In this document: piece after piece, positions 11,975-25,925 of the stretch
Position numbering within the stretch: the stretch's first letter is position 1
How the letters are laid out: every line of letters starts with the position of its first letter
NCBI GenBank assembly: GCA_964016885.1
Contig: OZ024740.1
Location: 241,304,001 to 241,368,000 of the forward strand
Direction: 5' to 3'
Length of the DNA stretch: 64,000 bases
Source of the DNA: Eledone cirrhosa
Taxonomy: Eukaryota
The notes under the pieces: generated by a model
Told to the model about the DNA's origin: nothing
The model's input: only the letters and a program-made list of their open reading frames with translations
Databases searched by the model: none
Translations under genes and position numbers: made by a program

Positions 11975-11978
<4 letters not shown>
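11031..11978 (+). repeat. Inverted continuation: 3 x 310-bp HHR units
   Basis: Unit starts at 11031, 11341, 11651, (11961); reverse complement of the left block. Confidence 0.95.
11192..11234 (+). ncRNA. Minimal type I hammerhead of the 310-bp unit (also 11502-11544, 11812-11854 and 7 minus copies)
   Basis: gtagtc CTGATGA t ttct aacg agaa t GAAA cgcg TA gattac; palindromic ACGCGT helix III; stem I extended by a perfect 16-bp ATTCTCGATAAAAGCA/TGCTTTTATCGAGAAT. Confidence 0.92.
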
Positions 11979-12071
<93 letters not shown>

Positions 12072-12630
12072 ATAAATTAACGGAGCCATAGACCCTCATA
12101 AATTGTTATACTTTGGGAGGGTCATGTTGTCAATAGAAACACACGCACCTGTTAAGTTTCACTTCAGTTTTCTTCTTGGCTTCATAACTAATCCATTTCT
12201 CGGTTGGGGTCGTAATTGGATGGTTATTTTATTGTTATAGTTAATTATCAAAGCTCTTTCTTCACACAGTCTGTGACCATCACAATGACTATTCTTGTTT
12301 CCCTCTTTCTCCTTTTATTTTGGTCTTGTTCAATTAAATAACTATTCAGCTTCAAAACGCTCTCTATATATTATATATATATATACACACATAACACGTA
12401 CGCACACACGCTCGAACACACACACACATGTACGCACGTACTCACACACGCACACACACACGTACGCACGTACACACAAACGCACGGCCCCAACACACAT
12501 ATTCATACATGTGTTGCTGAAGGTAACTCTTTCCCAGGTTCAATCTTTTTATTAGAGCCATTTAGTATTTTCTAATAAACCCTCCACAGTTTGTTTGGAA
12601 CTGTAGAATCATTATTTCAAAGTAAATTAA

Positions 12631-12851
12631 TCCTTTAGCATTTACATTACTCTATATTTACTATTGCATTTTCGCGGTATAGGTTTTACCTCATATAATT
12701 ATCTCATATAACATCGATTCTATGAGATTTTGATATTATTTATTTTGAGAACAATACCTTAAAGTCGGTATGAGGGGCCAGTTACAGCCAGCTTGAACAG
12801 AAAGAGGTGAGAGAATTCTGGTCGGATTCGCCCCGTTTAAATGCTAAAGGG
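12631..12851. mobile_element. piggyBac-type MITE
   Basis: TTAA (12627-30) + tcctttagcattt ... aaatgctaaaggg + TTAA (12852-55). Confidence 0.75.
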
Positions 12852-12923
12852 TTAAACATGATAAGTAGTCGTATATTCAACAACAAAAACAACAACACAC
12901 ATACAGAAACACACACATGTGTG

Positions 12924-12971
<48 letters not shown>

Positions 12972-12975
<4 letters not shown>

Positions 12976-13162
12976 AACCAGTAAGACCCCGACGGCTGAG
13001 CTCAAGCCGTTTCGACGGCTAATTCAGTCCAGAATTAGCCGTCGAAACGGCTTGAGCTCAGCCGTCGAGGTCTTACTGGTTCCTATTACCCACTCTACTA
13101 CCCCAAGTATTGAGTACTTTGGTGCGTTATGGTCCACCTGGTTCCTTACCACATTTCCTTCG

Positions 13163-13164
<2 letters not shown>
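12972..13164 (+). mobile_element. Fold-back mini-element family C (half hammerhead), in (TA)n
   Basis: Palindrome 12972-13085 centred on gacggctaattc-agtcca-gaattagccgtc, followed by GAAA cggcttgagctcagccg TC; unique tail. Confidence 0.85.
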
Positions 13165-13230
<66 letters not shown>

Positions 13231-13479
13231 CTATGTATGTATGTATTTATGTATTTATGAATGTATGTATGCATGCGTGTATGTATGTTGTACGCGCGTG
13301 TATGCACATGTGTGTATGTGTGCGCGCACGTGTCTGTGATCAGGGAACGCCATTTTTTTAAAGATGTTATATTAAAGACACTTTCACCTTATTAAGGATT
13401 TTTCATATTAGCTTATTAGAAAAGTGTTTAGACACATTTACAGCTTTATCTTCTATCTAGATTTGTAGATATCAATATT

Positions 13480-13622
13480 AAAGGGTTTAATCCTTCATTC
13501 GATCTATCTATGGATATATAGCTAGACGTTACCTGTCCCTTGTTAGACAGTACTTACCAAGTAACCACAAGTTCCACAAAGTCCTCAACACTAACAACGT
13601 TTAGATTAGATATAACTGTCTG
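13480..13622 (+). pseudogene. Penelope-like ORF remnant
   Basis: FNPSFDLSM and SLVRQYLPSNHKFHKVLNTNNV*IRYNC align to FNPPYNM and SLITKHFPPTHKYSNIFNRNTIKISYS of PLE-1. Confidence 0.6.
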
Positions 13623-14059
13623 ATTTTTTTTTATTGCTAAAGCATAATGATTTTCTTTTTTTTTCATTTTTCAGGATTTGAAACTTTTGAAATTTTATGT
13701 TTAACAGATAAATAAGTATGAGAAAGAAAGATAAATGCCAAATTAAGTAATGAGAAAATCGGGAAGGGGTAAGGAAGGGCAGATCTGGCTGTATGGAAAA
13801 GTAGAAGAAAGGACATAAATGAGAGGAAAAGGAATGGACAAGCAAGGACTCTAGGGCCACAGAAAAAGAGGGAGGGAGAACGGGGTAGAGCAATGGGCTT
13901 TGGGCCGAGGGCGCGGTGGTGTTGGTGCTGTGTTTGATTAAATGACAACGCGCGCTACAACAGGAAAACGCGCACTTACACAGATCCCACTCAATGCACC
14001 ACCTGCAACTCACGAAATTCCAGTAGCAGTAAAATGGTGGACCTAGCTACTCAAATGCT

Positions 14060-14362
14060 AGGGTCTATAAACACACCCCCACACCACCATAAAAATGGCG
14101 TAGACATACAATACAACAGGAGGAAACATAATAGTACCACTGATGATGTTGCAAATGTGCAACGAAAGAACTTTGTTAGACTATATATATGTATTTACAT
14201 CTGTATTTTTTACCGTTGGTCAGTCAATGATAAACATTGATGGCCAAATGAATTAACTATGGAGATATAAAAGATACAGAAGCGAAAATCAATCAAACAG
14301 TGAGTGTGTTCTGTTATTATTTCTGGCAATATTATTACAACAATATGATCCTCCCCAAGTAT

Positions 14363-14368
<6 letters not shown>
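14060..14368 (+). mobile_element. Solo, diverged pLTR of the PLE-2 family with HHR (14133-14182)
   Basis: Homologous to 32255-32543; cca CTGATGA t gttgca aatg tgcaac GAAA gaac TT tg; ends ctccccaagtataacaa then (TA)n. Confidence 0.8.
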
Positions 14369-14439
<71 letters not shown>

Positions 14440-14499
14440 TTAAAACAACCACAGACGGCCGGTTTGGAATATTTACTTTAGAATTTTAATTCCGCGAAA

Positions 14500-14572
14500 G
14501 CACTATACATGTTTCGATGGCCGAGCCCTACCAACCGATTAATATGTAAGACTTGACGATTTCATCAGGTGT
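14500..14572 (-). ncRNA. Degenerate hammerhead in a pLTR-like fragment abutting (TA)n
   Basis: Minus: acac CTGATGA ... GAAA catg TA; palindromic ACATGT; stems I and II poorly paired. Confidence 0.45.
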
Positions 14573-14720
14573 TATTTAGAGAATTATACAATAGTATTAC
14601 GTTGAACTCAAACAGAGAATAGAAGATAGAAGATACAAAGAAATTGAACATAGAAAATAGAAGACTAGTTCTACCCATTGGTAAACAGCCTAACATAAAT
14701 GATATACATATGAATATATA

Positions 14721-15079
<359 letters not shown>

Positions 15080-16151
15080 GAAAATGGCAGTAATTTCTTT
15101 ACCTAAATCAATTTAATCAAGCGATCTATTGCGTGATCATTGTATGATTGATAGGATTGCAGTTAAAGATCGAAGCACGATCCGAAATTATGTATTTTGG
15201 GATTAGCAGCACTAATCCACGGGATATGATTATTTTAGAGTTCTGGAATGCAATCGCCAAAAGATGTCTGGTACTCTGCTGTTACAAATCATGTCTGAGA
15301 CTTGAATAGTCACTTTTCTTCCAATACACATTTGAATCTCTGATTGGCTAAACATTTTGTTTTATCTTGCTATGAAACTATAGAAGTATTTCAGTTTGCG
15401 TTTCGGATAGGTGCGGGCAGTTGGATTTTCATTTTGATGCAGTTGGCTAAATATCTGTAAGCGGTTTTCAATGGTTAAAAAATGAGAATCAATGACTACA
15501 GAAGGGAAGGTTAGATAATATTAATTATACAGCTGATTAACTACACTATTGATTACAACTTAAGTTTTCTGTTAGAATGTCTTAATATTTTGACACACGA
15601 GGTTTTGAATAAAGAGAGAATTGAGATAAATTGTTTGTAAAAACAGGAATTAAAAACGTATTGCAAATAGATGTGACTAGCTTTTTGAAAGCTAACAATT
15701 ACTGTATAAATGAGAAAATACGATGGTCATGCTTTTCAGAAGGGAATTGTATCAATAAAGAAAGCTTCAACCAATCGAAAATGGAAACTGGATGCTCATG
15801 ACATATTTGAACCTTAATATTTGTATTACATGAAATATCTCTGGATAGAGCGTTAGATATGAATAAAAATTCACAGATTATCAGTTATCTATTGAGATTT
15901 AGACCAATTCAAGCTATAGAAAATAATGTGTCTTTTATTTTTCAGAAACATAAAATATTCTCAAAGCGTTGCAGTAGAATTCATGCTCCATGAGCTGAGT
16001 GTCTATGAATTTTTCTAATGAAAAAAAAAAATGTTAAAAGGCAAATAATATTGTTCATATACTTTAGGAAAAAATAGTTCGAAAGAAGCAAGACGATTTC
16101 ACATATAGTTCGTGAACATTCTACTAAAAATATCACGCAATTTATTTAGCC

Positions 16152-16328
16152 CAGACCTGTCAACTCTCCCCGTCTGACGGGGAGATCTCCCACCCACTTT
16201 GGGGTGCATGAGAGATGGGTATAGCTTTTATTTTATAAAATCTCCCCATTTTGCCTCATTTCTCCCCGTTTTGGGGCACTTTTTTTCATGGTACTCCCCG
16301 TTTGGATTTTTAGAGGTTGGCAGGTCTG
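16152..16328. mobile_element. MITE with about 15-bp TIRs and an apparent 6-bp TSD
   Basis: ttagcc|cagacctgtcaact ... aggttggcaggtctg|ttagcc. Confidence 0.7.
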
Positions 16329-16575
16329 TTAGCCTGTAAGTTTCATTACTTGATGTTTATTTTAGTAACAGTTACGAAACTGCTTTTCATGGCTGGAATC
16401 AATTGTGGGTTCCCAAATAGCTGTATGTTTATAATGTTTCTTACAGAAGGAATATTGGTGAAAAATAGCATTTTCTAATACTATTAAGGTTTGACATGTT
16501 ATCGAATTTACACGGTACAATACAATATCAGACACTTTCATTTGGCAGCCCATTCCACGTATTAAGAGAAATAAT

Positions 16576-16757
16576 TGTTTCTACGTTAGGCACAAGGCTA
16601 GCAATTACCCAGTGCATTACTGGTACTTTATTTTATCGATCCCGTAAGGATGAAAGGCAAAGTTAACCTCGGCGGGATTTGAACTCAGAATGGCAAGGGC
16701 CGTAACTCTATACGTCAAAGCATGGCGTCCGACCCTCTCCCAACACTGCCAATCCAC
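16576..16757 (-). mobile_element. tRNA-derived SINE (Meta-domain-like), 18-bp TSD
   Basis: Box B gagttcaaatccc plus ctttgcctttcatcc...gataaaataaagtaccag; cgtattaagagaaataat at 16558 and 16758. Confidence 0.85.
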
Positions 16758-16983
16758 CGTATTAAGAGAAATAATAACCTCAGAAATCCCAGACAAAATT
16801 TATTGGAGGTGTTTTTCAGTTCGTTTGTGAGTAATTTCGATCAGCCTACAGTGTCTTTAAATAACTGATGATACTTCACGTATTTTTGGTCAACAAAATA
16901 ATTTGTCGAATATGATAGAGAGGAAATATAAATGAAACTAGTTTCTCAGTAGTAGCACGGCATAGTAACACCCCCCCCCCCCA

Positions 16984-17075
<92 letters not shown>

Positions 17076-18074
17076 TATATATATATATACTTGAAGTAAT
17101 TAATCGAAGTACAAGTATCAGTAGTAGTAGTTGTAGTAGACTTGTTATTGTTGAATAGATGACAGCATTAAAAACAGTGACAATAATATCAAAATAGTCT
17201 CATAACGCATAAATACACACATTCGCACGCACGCACACACACACACACACACACAGACACACACACACGCATATATATATATATATATATATGTGCATGT
17301 ATGTGTAATATAATTCATATTATATTACACATACACGCACGCATACACACATTCACACACATATATATACCTGTGCGTGTGGGTGTGTGTGTGCGTGTAT
17401 GTGTAATATAATATGAATTATATACAAAATAGGAACATAAGAAAAATAAAATAAATGTCTTTATATTTCTTAATGGAAGTAACGTTACTAGACGTATAAA
17501 TTTATTTAAAAAGAACTTCACATAATCGTTTTTGAATATATTATAGTTAAGTACCAGAGTGATGTTGTCCGACATAAATCAATGTACAAAATAAAAGCAT
17601 CAACAATAGGTTTGATGAGAAGATATTTGAATATCGTTTGCAACGATTTGCTAACAATAAAACACTAATTAAGCATTAATTTTAATCAATAACGTATGGA
17701 AAATCAACCGCAAATATTTTTAAAACGTTTCGACATTTTCTATCTGAACATTTTATACTACGGGGAGAATTTATTTTAATTTTCCAGTATTTCTACCGGT
17801 ATTTAGGTTTTCTTTTTTGTATTTCGTTTCGAGTTGTTCCAGTTTAAATATGGAATGAAATATATTTTAACTAGTTTACATAACGATAGAGACGTGGTCA
17901 ATAATGATTACAGCGAGTATTTAGTTAATAACATTATGTTTGAAATTTCCTAGCATTATATAAGGTTATCGATATTTCTATACAATATCTAAGAATCATA
18001 GATGCATTCTCAACTTCATCACTCCAGATAATTTATAATATTTGAATATGTTATGATACTAATGCGCCAGGTTC

Positions 18075-18540
18075 AACATTCGGTCATCGTAAAAGCGAAA
18101 CTCGCTATCTTCAATTCGGTATTCGTACCATCCTTTAACTATGGTCTTGACCGAAAGATCGCGAATAGAAGCGACTGAAATGGGGTTATTCCGAAGGGAC
18201 TTTGACAAACGTTACTCGATAGGTTACGTAGCTCGGATATCAAGGAGTGACTCCAGGTGGAACTGCTACTTCTCCCAAGCGAAAGATCATAGCTTCGACA
18301 CTACGGACATATGGTTAGAATGTCTGAAGAAAGAATCACTCGATAGATTTTATGGGTAAAGCTAACTGGTAGGAGACCCTGAGGTAGACCATGAGCAAGA
18401 TGGTTGGATAACATCCATGAGCTCGGCTGGATCAATTAGTGACGGTTGTTTCCGATAGGACCTTCTGGAGAGCGTGTTTGAGGACTCTACCCCTCATGAC
18501 CCCCCCCCCCGCCAGAAATAAGTAGGAGAAGAAGAAAAAA
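18075..18540 (+). mobile_element. RTE LINE 3' fragment, same family as 1725-2445
   Basis: KAKLAIFNSVFVP; shared gcaagatggttggataacatccatgagct; degenerate GAA tail. Confidence 0.8.
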
Positions 18541-19229
18541 AGGGAAGGTTACAATAACCTTGCTGTTGGTATAATAATAAAGGGAGGAGTGCGGGACTGC
18601 ATCCTGAATATATTTTTTGATCCCGTTAGTAAAATAAGTTGTATTACTTTGAATAAATAATGAATGCATATTACATAAATTATGTACTAAATTTCGTAAC
18701 TCTTGATTAAATATAAATAATTTTATTGCTTATTTCAAGATTCACTTCTTTAACATTTTCAAATGTCAACATTTCTGGTTAGCGTCCGTTATATTATAAC
18801 ACTTATTACAACTCTTATATAAACGTTTATATATTTACATCGTTATATAAGGTTTATATTTCCGTTGCTAATTTTCTCCTAATGCAATTTATATATAATA
18901 TCGTAGTTGTTAAATGTATCATGGATTACTTTACTGATTGCAGAACACAGTGTAACACAGTCTCTCTTCAATTTCTGTGCATATTCTCAATTACGATTTT
19001 ATTTGACGTATCATATATAAATGCATAATATATTTGCGTATAATATCAATAGGCACGCTACACATGCTAGTAGAAACAACACCCGAAGCGTGGTTTTCTG
19101 CTAGTCTTTTATAATGTTGTAGTTACACAAAACAAAAACATTACATTCTAGAATACAAGTTTTTAAGCAAATATACTCTCATAAACAATCGAAGGAACTT
19201 CTATGATATCAGTGACCATGTTGATTGCA

Positions 19230-19546
19230 TGTGATGACGCGTAGGGATTTCAGTTGCTAACGTTCTACTGTGTTGGCCGTCACATACAGGCATAGCCGAC
19301 ACGGACTGGAATCGAATTCTGTCGATCGATTGGTTATTAATTAATCGAAACCCGCTGATGAAGCCACATGAGCCGATTACTGCATTAAGTGTGGCCAAAA
19401 CTCGAGTACGGGTAAAGATTGAAGGTACCCATTTACGTGTGTTGTATTGAAGCGAATAACTATGTGTCTACTCTGGGAATTTACTTATTGAGTATGCTGA
19501 GATACAACCGGTCCTAGCAGTGAAACCCATGCTAGTTCCGTCAACT

Positions 19547-19627
<81 letters not shown>

Positions 19628-19759
19628 GAGAGAGGGGGGGGAGAAAATTTAGTGCGAAAATGTAAAGAATGTAGGAATTTTTGGAAAATATTTGAAATAT
19701 TTTCCAAAAATTCCTACATTCTTTACATTTTCGCACTAAATTTTCTCCCCCCCCCTCTC

Positions 19760-19838
<79 letters not shown>

Positions 19839-20155
19839 AGTTGACGGAACTAGCATGGGTTTCACTGCTAGGACCGGTTGTATCTCAGCATACTCAATAA
19901 GTAAATTCCCAGAGTAGACACATAGTTATTCGCTTCAATACAACACACGTAAATGGGTACCTTCAATCTTTACCCGTACTCGAGTTTTGGCCACACTTAA
20001 TGCAGTAATCGGCTCATGTGGCTTCATCAGCGGGTTTCGATTAATTAATAACCAATCGATCGACAGAATTCGATTCCAGTCCGTGTCGGCTATGCCTGTA
20101 TGTGACGGCCAACACAGTAGAACGTTAGCAACTGAAATCCCTACGCGTCATCACA
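19230..20155. repeat. About 926-bp near-perfect palindrome centred on 19694
   Basis: Arms are reverse complements including the (TA)n/(GA)n runs; 1-nt spacer in aaatattt-g-aaatattt. Confidence 0.95.
19350..19413 (+). ncRNA. Hammerhead motif with G12A change (mirror copy on minus at 19972-20035)
   Basis: acccg CTGATGA a gccac...gtggc c AAAA ctcgag TA cgggt; palindromic ACTCGAGT. Confidence 0.7.
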
Positions 20156-20575
20156 ATCCCGTCCAACGATTGGCCACTGATTCAGAAATTTACGTCATGG
20201 CACGAGACGCAATTCAAATAGTTCCACTCTTGCCATAAGCACTCAGCCAACGTATCTCAAACACAAATTAATAAGTTAATGAAAAATTGGTTAGAAAAAT
20301 TCAGTCTCCAATTGCTGTACTATAGAATGGTAGCATTCGGCTCTAGTCTCCAAGTCCCATGGCGAGAAATATTGCGACAGTAACAACGGTAGTGCCTAAC
20401 ATTTTTCCGGATATTAAATGCCAACAGGTGATTAGACAGTGATATAGAGTTAGCGCGCTCGTTAGAGTTCGAATTCTAGATATTTCGACCAACCACGTGC
20501 ATAAACCAGTCAATTTCACAATTTATATATGTGTGTGTAAGGACGATGGGAGATTGACAGTGTAGAAGGGAACGA

Positions 20576-20634
<59 letters not shown>

Positions 20635-20640
20635 AGATAA

Positions 20641-20685
<45 letters not shown>

Positions 20686-20782
20686 TCTAAAAGTCAGTAT
20701 CAAGAATTCTGACGAGACTAGCAGTCAGTCAAGCAGACAGTGGAGTATTGTGACGAGTTGAAAAAATAGTGGGACAGAAAGG

Positions 20783-20975
20783 AATAATTGTTTCTACGTT
20801 AGGCACAAGGCCAGCAATTACCCAGTGCATTACTGGTACTTTATTTTATCGACCCCGTAAGGATGAAAGGCAAAGTTAACCTCGGCGGGATTTGAACTCA
20901 GAATGGCAAGGGCCGTAACTCTATACGTCAAAGCATGGCATCCGACCCTCTACCGATAGTGCCAATCCACCGCCC
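20783..20975 (-). mobile_element. tRNA-derived SINE, same family
   Basis: Near-identical to 16576-16757. Confidence 0.85.
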
Positions 20976-22239
20976 TAGAACGTTGAAATAATAAGTGAAA
21001 ACACATTTTGATTGAGGCAAAAAAGAAAAAAGAACTATATACAGATGAAGAGAATAAATATGTGCGCGGGACAGATCAGAGTAAAGAGGTGAGATCAACG
21101 CTAGACTAGAAAATGAAGAGACAACACATTTCAAATATACAATTGGTAATAGCAAGTCAAATAGAGGCAAAACTGTTAAATTGCAGAAAAGATCACTGCT
21201 AAAAGTTAATTGATAAGAAACGAAAGAGCTACAAAACGAAAACAAGCAAAGCCTGACAGTAACTGAAAGAAGACAACATATAACAGAAAATCTTGAAGTA
21301 GAAAAATTAAAAATTACTGAAATGAAGTCACTAAAACAAATTATTTTTGACGGGTACTGTACTAGTTGTTATAAGAAAGCTTAAGTGAATGAAGTCACAT
21401 ATATTAAGTTACATCCTAGCTTTCAGATATTCGCTTGAAACGTGTTATTTATTCTTCAGGAAATTGTTCATTAAAATCAATTATAAATTAGTAAAATCTT
21501 TCATTTTGGAAGTGCGTAAAATATCACGTTTAAATTGTGAAAGCAAATCTTTTTATTGTCGCTCTATACAGTTGATAATTAAATAAATGGACAGATTTCA
21601 GCAGTAGACAGGCTGTCAGTATCTTAGACACGTGGTTTCAATTATATCAGGTGAGAAAGATGTAGAGGAATACATGAACGAAAGTGAGATATTTCTTTTA
21701 AATCAGTCATATTTCTTTTTTCTCTTTTTGTTACGTTTTCCTGTTTTCAGTAACACATTGCCTACTGTAATGTCGCTATGGGTATAGAGACAACGTGAGA
21801 AATTTGGTGTCGATCATTTATATTATTTGTCATTCTACAGCAAAGAACATTGTTTTCGTTATTATTAGAAAACTACAGATTTGAAGCGCAGATAAAAAAA
21901 AAAGACATATACCCACAGGCACGCATGCGCATTCGCATACGTGCACACACTTTGCTGTTTCCTTTTAGTAACCTCTTTATGGTTATTGTAATTATTTAGT
22001 TTACTCCGATCAGCTATCTCTTTTCAGATTTAATGCATCTCGAACAACACTAGCTGATGTAAACATTCTCTTAAGATTTTAGTTTAGAATAATGCGACTG
22101 CCATTTCTAACAAGCCGAGCGACCGCTTAATGGTTCCCTTTTAAGATTTAACGAGGGGGAATGTATGACCTGGCAAGACTGATGTATTTGACCTTCATAG
22201 ACTGATCAGACTGATTCGTTTGACGTTCAGCTTGAACAT

Positions 22240-22600
22240 ATGTAAGTAGACGACTGCAGGAAAAAGATGGTAGGAAAGGATTATTATAGAGGATTGTCGT
22301 AGACGTTAGTGGGGAACCTAAAATAGTTGTCCGTATGTTTGGCGAGAGGAGGAGACAATTGGGCTTGAGATGAAGGCGGAGTGTAACCAGCTAGCTAGGG
22401 ATAACAGAGGCCATTTTGTTTTCAGCAGAAAAAGTAGAATGAGAAGACAGCAAGTCTATCGGTCAGAAGAGCAGAGATCTAAATGCGTGAGTGAATCCTT
22501 GATACTCAGCCGGCTGGTTTTCGTTTGGATGCAGTCTAAGACGCTTGTAGGTGTAGCATCAGTGTGTCGGACTGCCATCGGTTCCACAGACACGATTATT
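22240..22600 (-). mobile_element. Highly decayed CR1/L2-group LINE 3' fragment
   Basis: Minus reads LDCIQTKTSRL...LAVFSFYF...NGLC, resembling LDRIQRRA...SLFYRY..G.C. Confidence 0.35.
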
Positions 22601-23807
22601 CTTAACGTAGTTTTCAGGCATAATCAGAACGATACAGTGTCTGATAAGGCTGGTCCTTTAACACACTGGCACAACTTATTTACATTCAGCAGTAAATTGC
22701 AGCATATGAAATACAATTCTCAACTCACAAGAACATTACTCAGTAAGGATCACAAGTCAATATTCGTCTTGAGAGTAATATCAATTAAATTTCACTTAAC
22801 TACACACTACTGTCATAAAAGAAGAAACAGAAATTATTAAGATAGGGATTTTAAATTTATGATTTTAAGATTTTAAAACATCTCCATTCTTTTAGAGATT
22901 CGTGTGAGGCCTCTTCCTCATGCCAGTTTCAGAGTCTGTAAAAAGAGTCATGGGTAATGCTATTCTCCCGATTAAGCCATTAAAAATTCAAAGGAACCGA
23001 TTTCGGTTGCAATAACAGAGATAACCAATAGAAAATACGGTCTCCGACTGAGTATTGGAATACCTTTAGGTTACCTGCTTTAGATGCAGAAGTAGGCGTG
23101 GAACTCAACGCCAGATCTATCGACTCCCTTGTTAATTCTCCAGTTTCTTATCACTGAGATTTATTCGTGGTATCCAGAAGAAGCAAAATATATAGTCTTG
23201 ACCACAGATATAATGCTTTGAAACAGATACGAACCGACCAGCTTTAATCATTAGAATGAAACCTTAGCATCTCTCTCAGAATATAGGTTAAAATGTATTA
23301 TTTTTGATTTCATGCATCGTTACAAGATACCATGTGTGTAGGAGAGGAAATGGTATTGTGAGACGTTCGTACTTTTTTCAAGAACATTAACAATGTAAGC
23401 CAAGTGAAATGGATTAAACTATTGATACACTGATCGAAAGTTCTATTTCAAATAATAGATACATAAATAGCTGTAAGTTGCCTTCATGTTTCCATAGTTT
23501 TAGAAACGGAAACTATGTTATTTGTATGGCATCTGGTGTGACTTCCTTCCTGTGATATTGGAAAGTAGTTCGTTTTGTACAAGTGGAATTATCTTCTAAG
23601 GACCCCAAATCATAAAAAAGAACATAATAAAAAATGCATGTATAGAGATAAGTATTAACATGCATATTCAAATATATACTTACACGAGTATAGAGAAATA
23701 TTAAAAATAAATCGATAATTTTAGTGACACTTATAAACTGATATTTACGAATCAAGATTCATTTTATGCGTTTTTGGCTTGTATATATATATGTATATAT
23801 ATATCTA

Positions 23808-23917
<110 letters not shown>

Positions 23918-24134
23918 TAGTTTGTGTATATGTAAGTCTTTATATTTCATAATCTCCCATAGGGTTGAAATGCAATTTAGGCAATATCAGGCTTCGCTTT
24001 CTAGCAACCAGCCCACTCGCTGTAAGGCACCAATCACATTTCTGACTTGACCGATGCCACGTCACAGTTCTTAGCCATTTTGAATTCGTTTCTGGCGGGG
24101 ATCATCTAAGAAAAATTTTCGTCCAAGTGAGTTT

Positions 24135-24215
24135 GTTTCCTGATGATTTCGAAGCTCGTGAATTTATCCTTGATCGGATATTTCCAAAAGCGAATGAAAC
24201 CCCATGGGTAGAAAC
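24135..24215 (+). ncRNA. Type I hammerhead with an expanded stem II domain
   Basis: gtttc CTGATGA t ttcg [insert containing the atcc/ggat hairpin] cgaa t GAAA ccc cat ggg TA gaaac; lies in a block about 23915-24510 bounded by (TA)n. Confidence 0.85.
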
Positions 24216-24505
24216 GTAATCTTGGTATGTTTATATACATTTTTTCTTTTAATTTTGATTTTATACCTAATTGTGTATGGTTGACGATATATTTAATCGA
24301 TTTCCACGTGCTATTGAAATGCTGGGTAAATATTCTATAGCAGTTGATCGCGAATAGATGGCTGTCGTTTATCCATCTATTATTTCTTCATAGGTGCCTT
24401 TTAATCTTATAGCCTGGTTCAATTGGTTTTTTGTGTGGTTGATTATGCTGATTGGGAGAGGAGATGGTGTATATATTTTATCAAATGATTCTATGGACAT
24501 ACTTT

Positions 24506-25925
<1,420 letters not shown>

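Noticed and set aside
8851-11978. CRISPR array or ordinary satellite
   Set aside because: No unique spacers, eukaryotic context, and each unit carries a full ribozyme fold.
20709-20735. CTGACGA gact agc agtc
   Set aside because: No GAAA or stem III follows.
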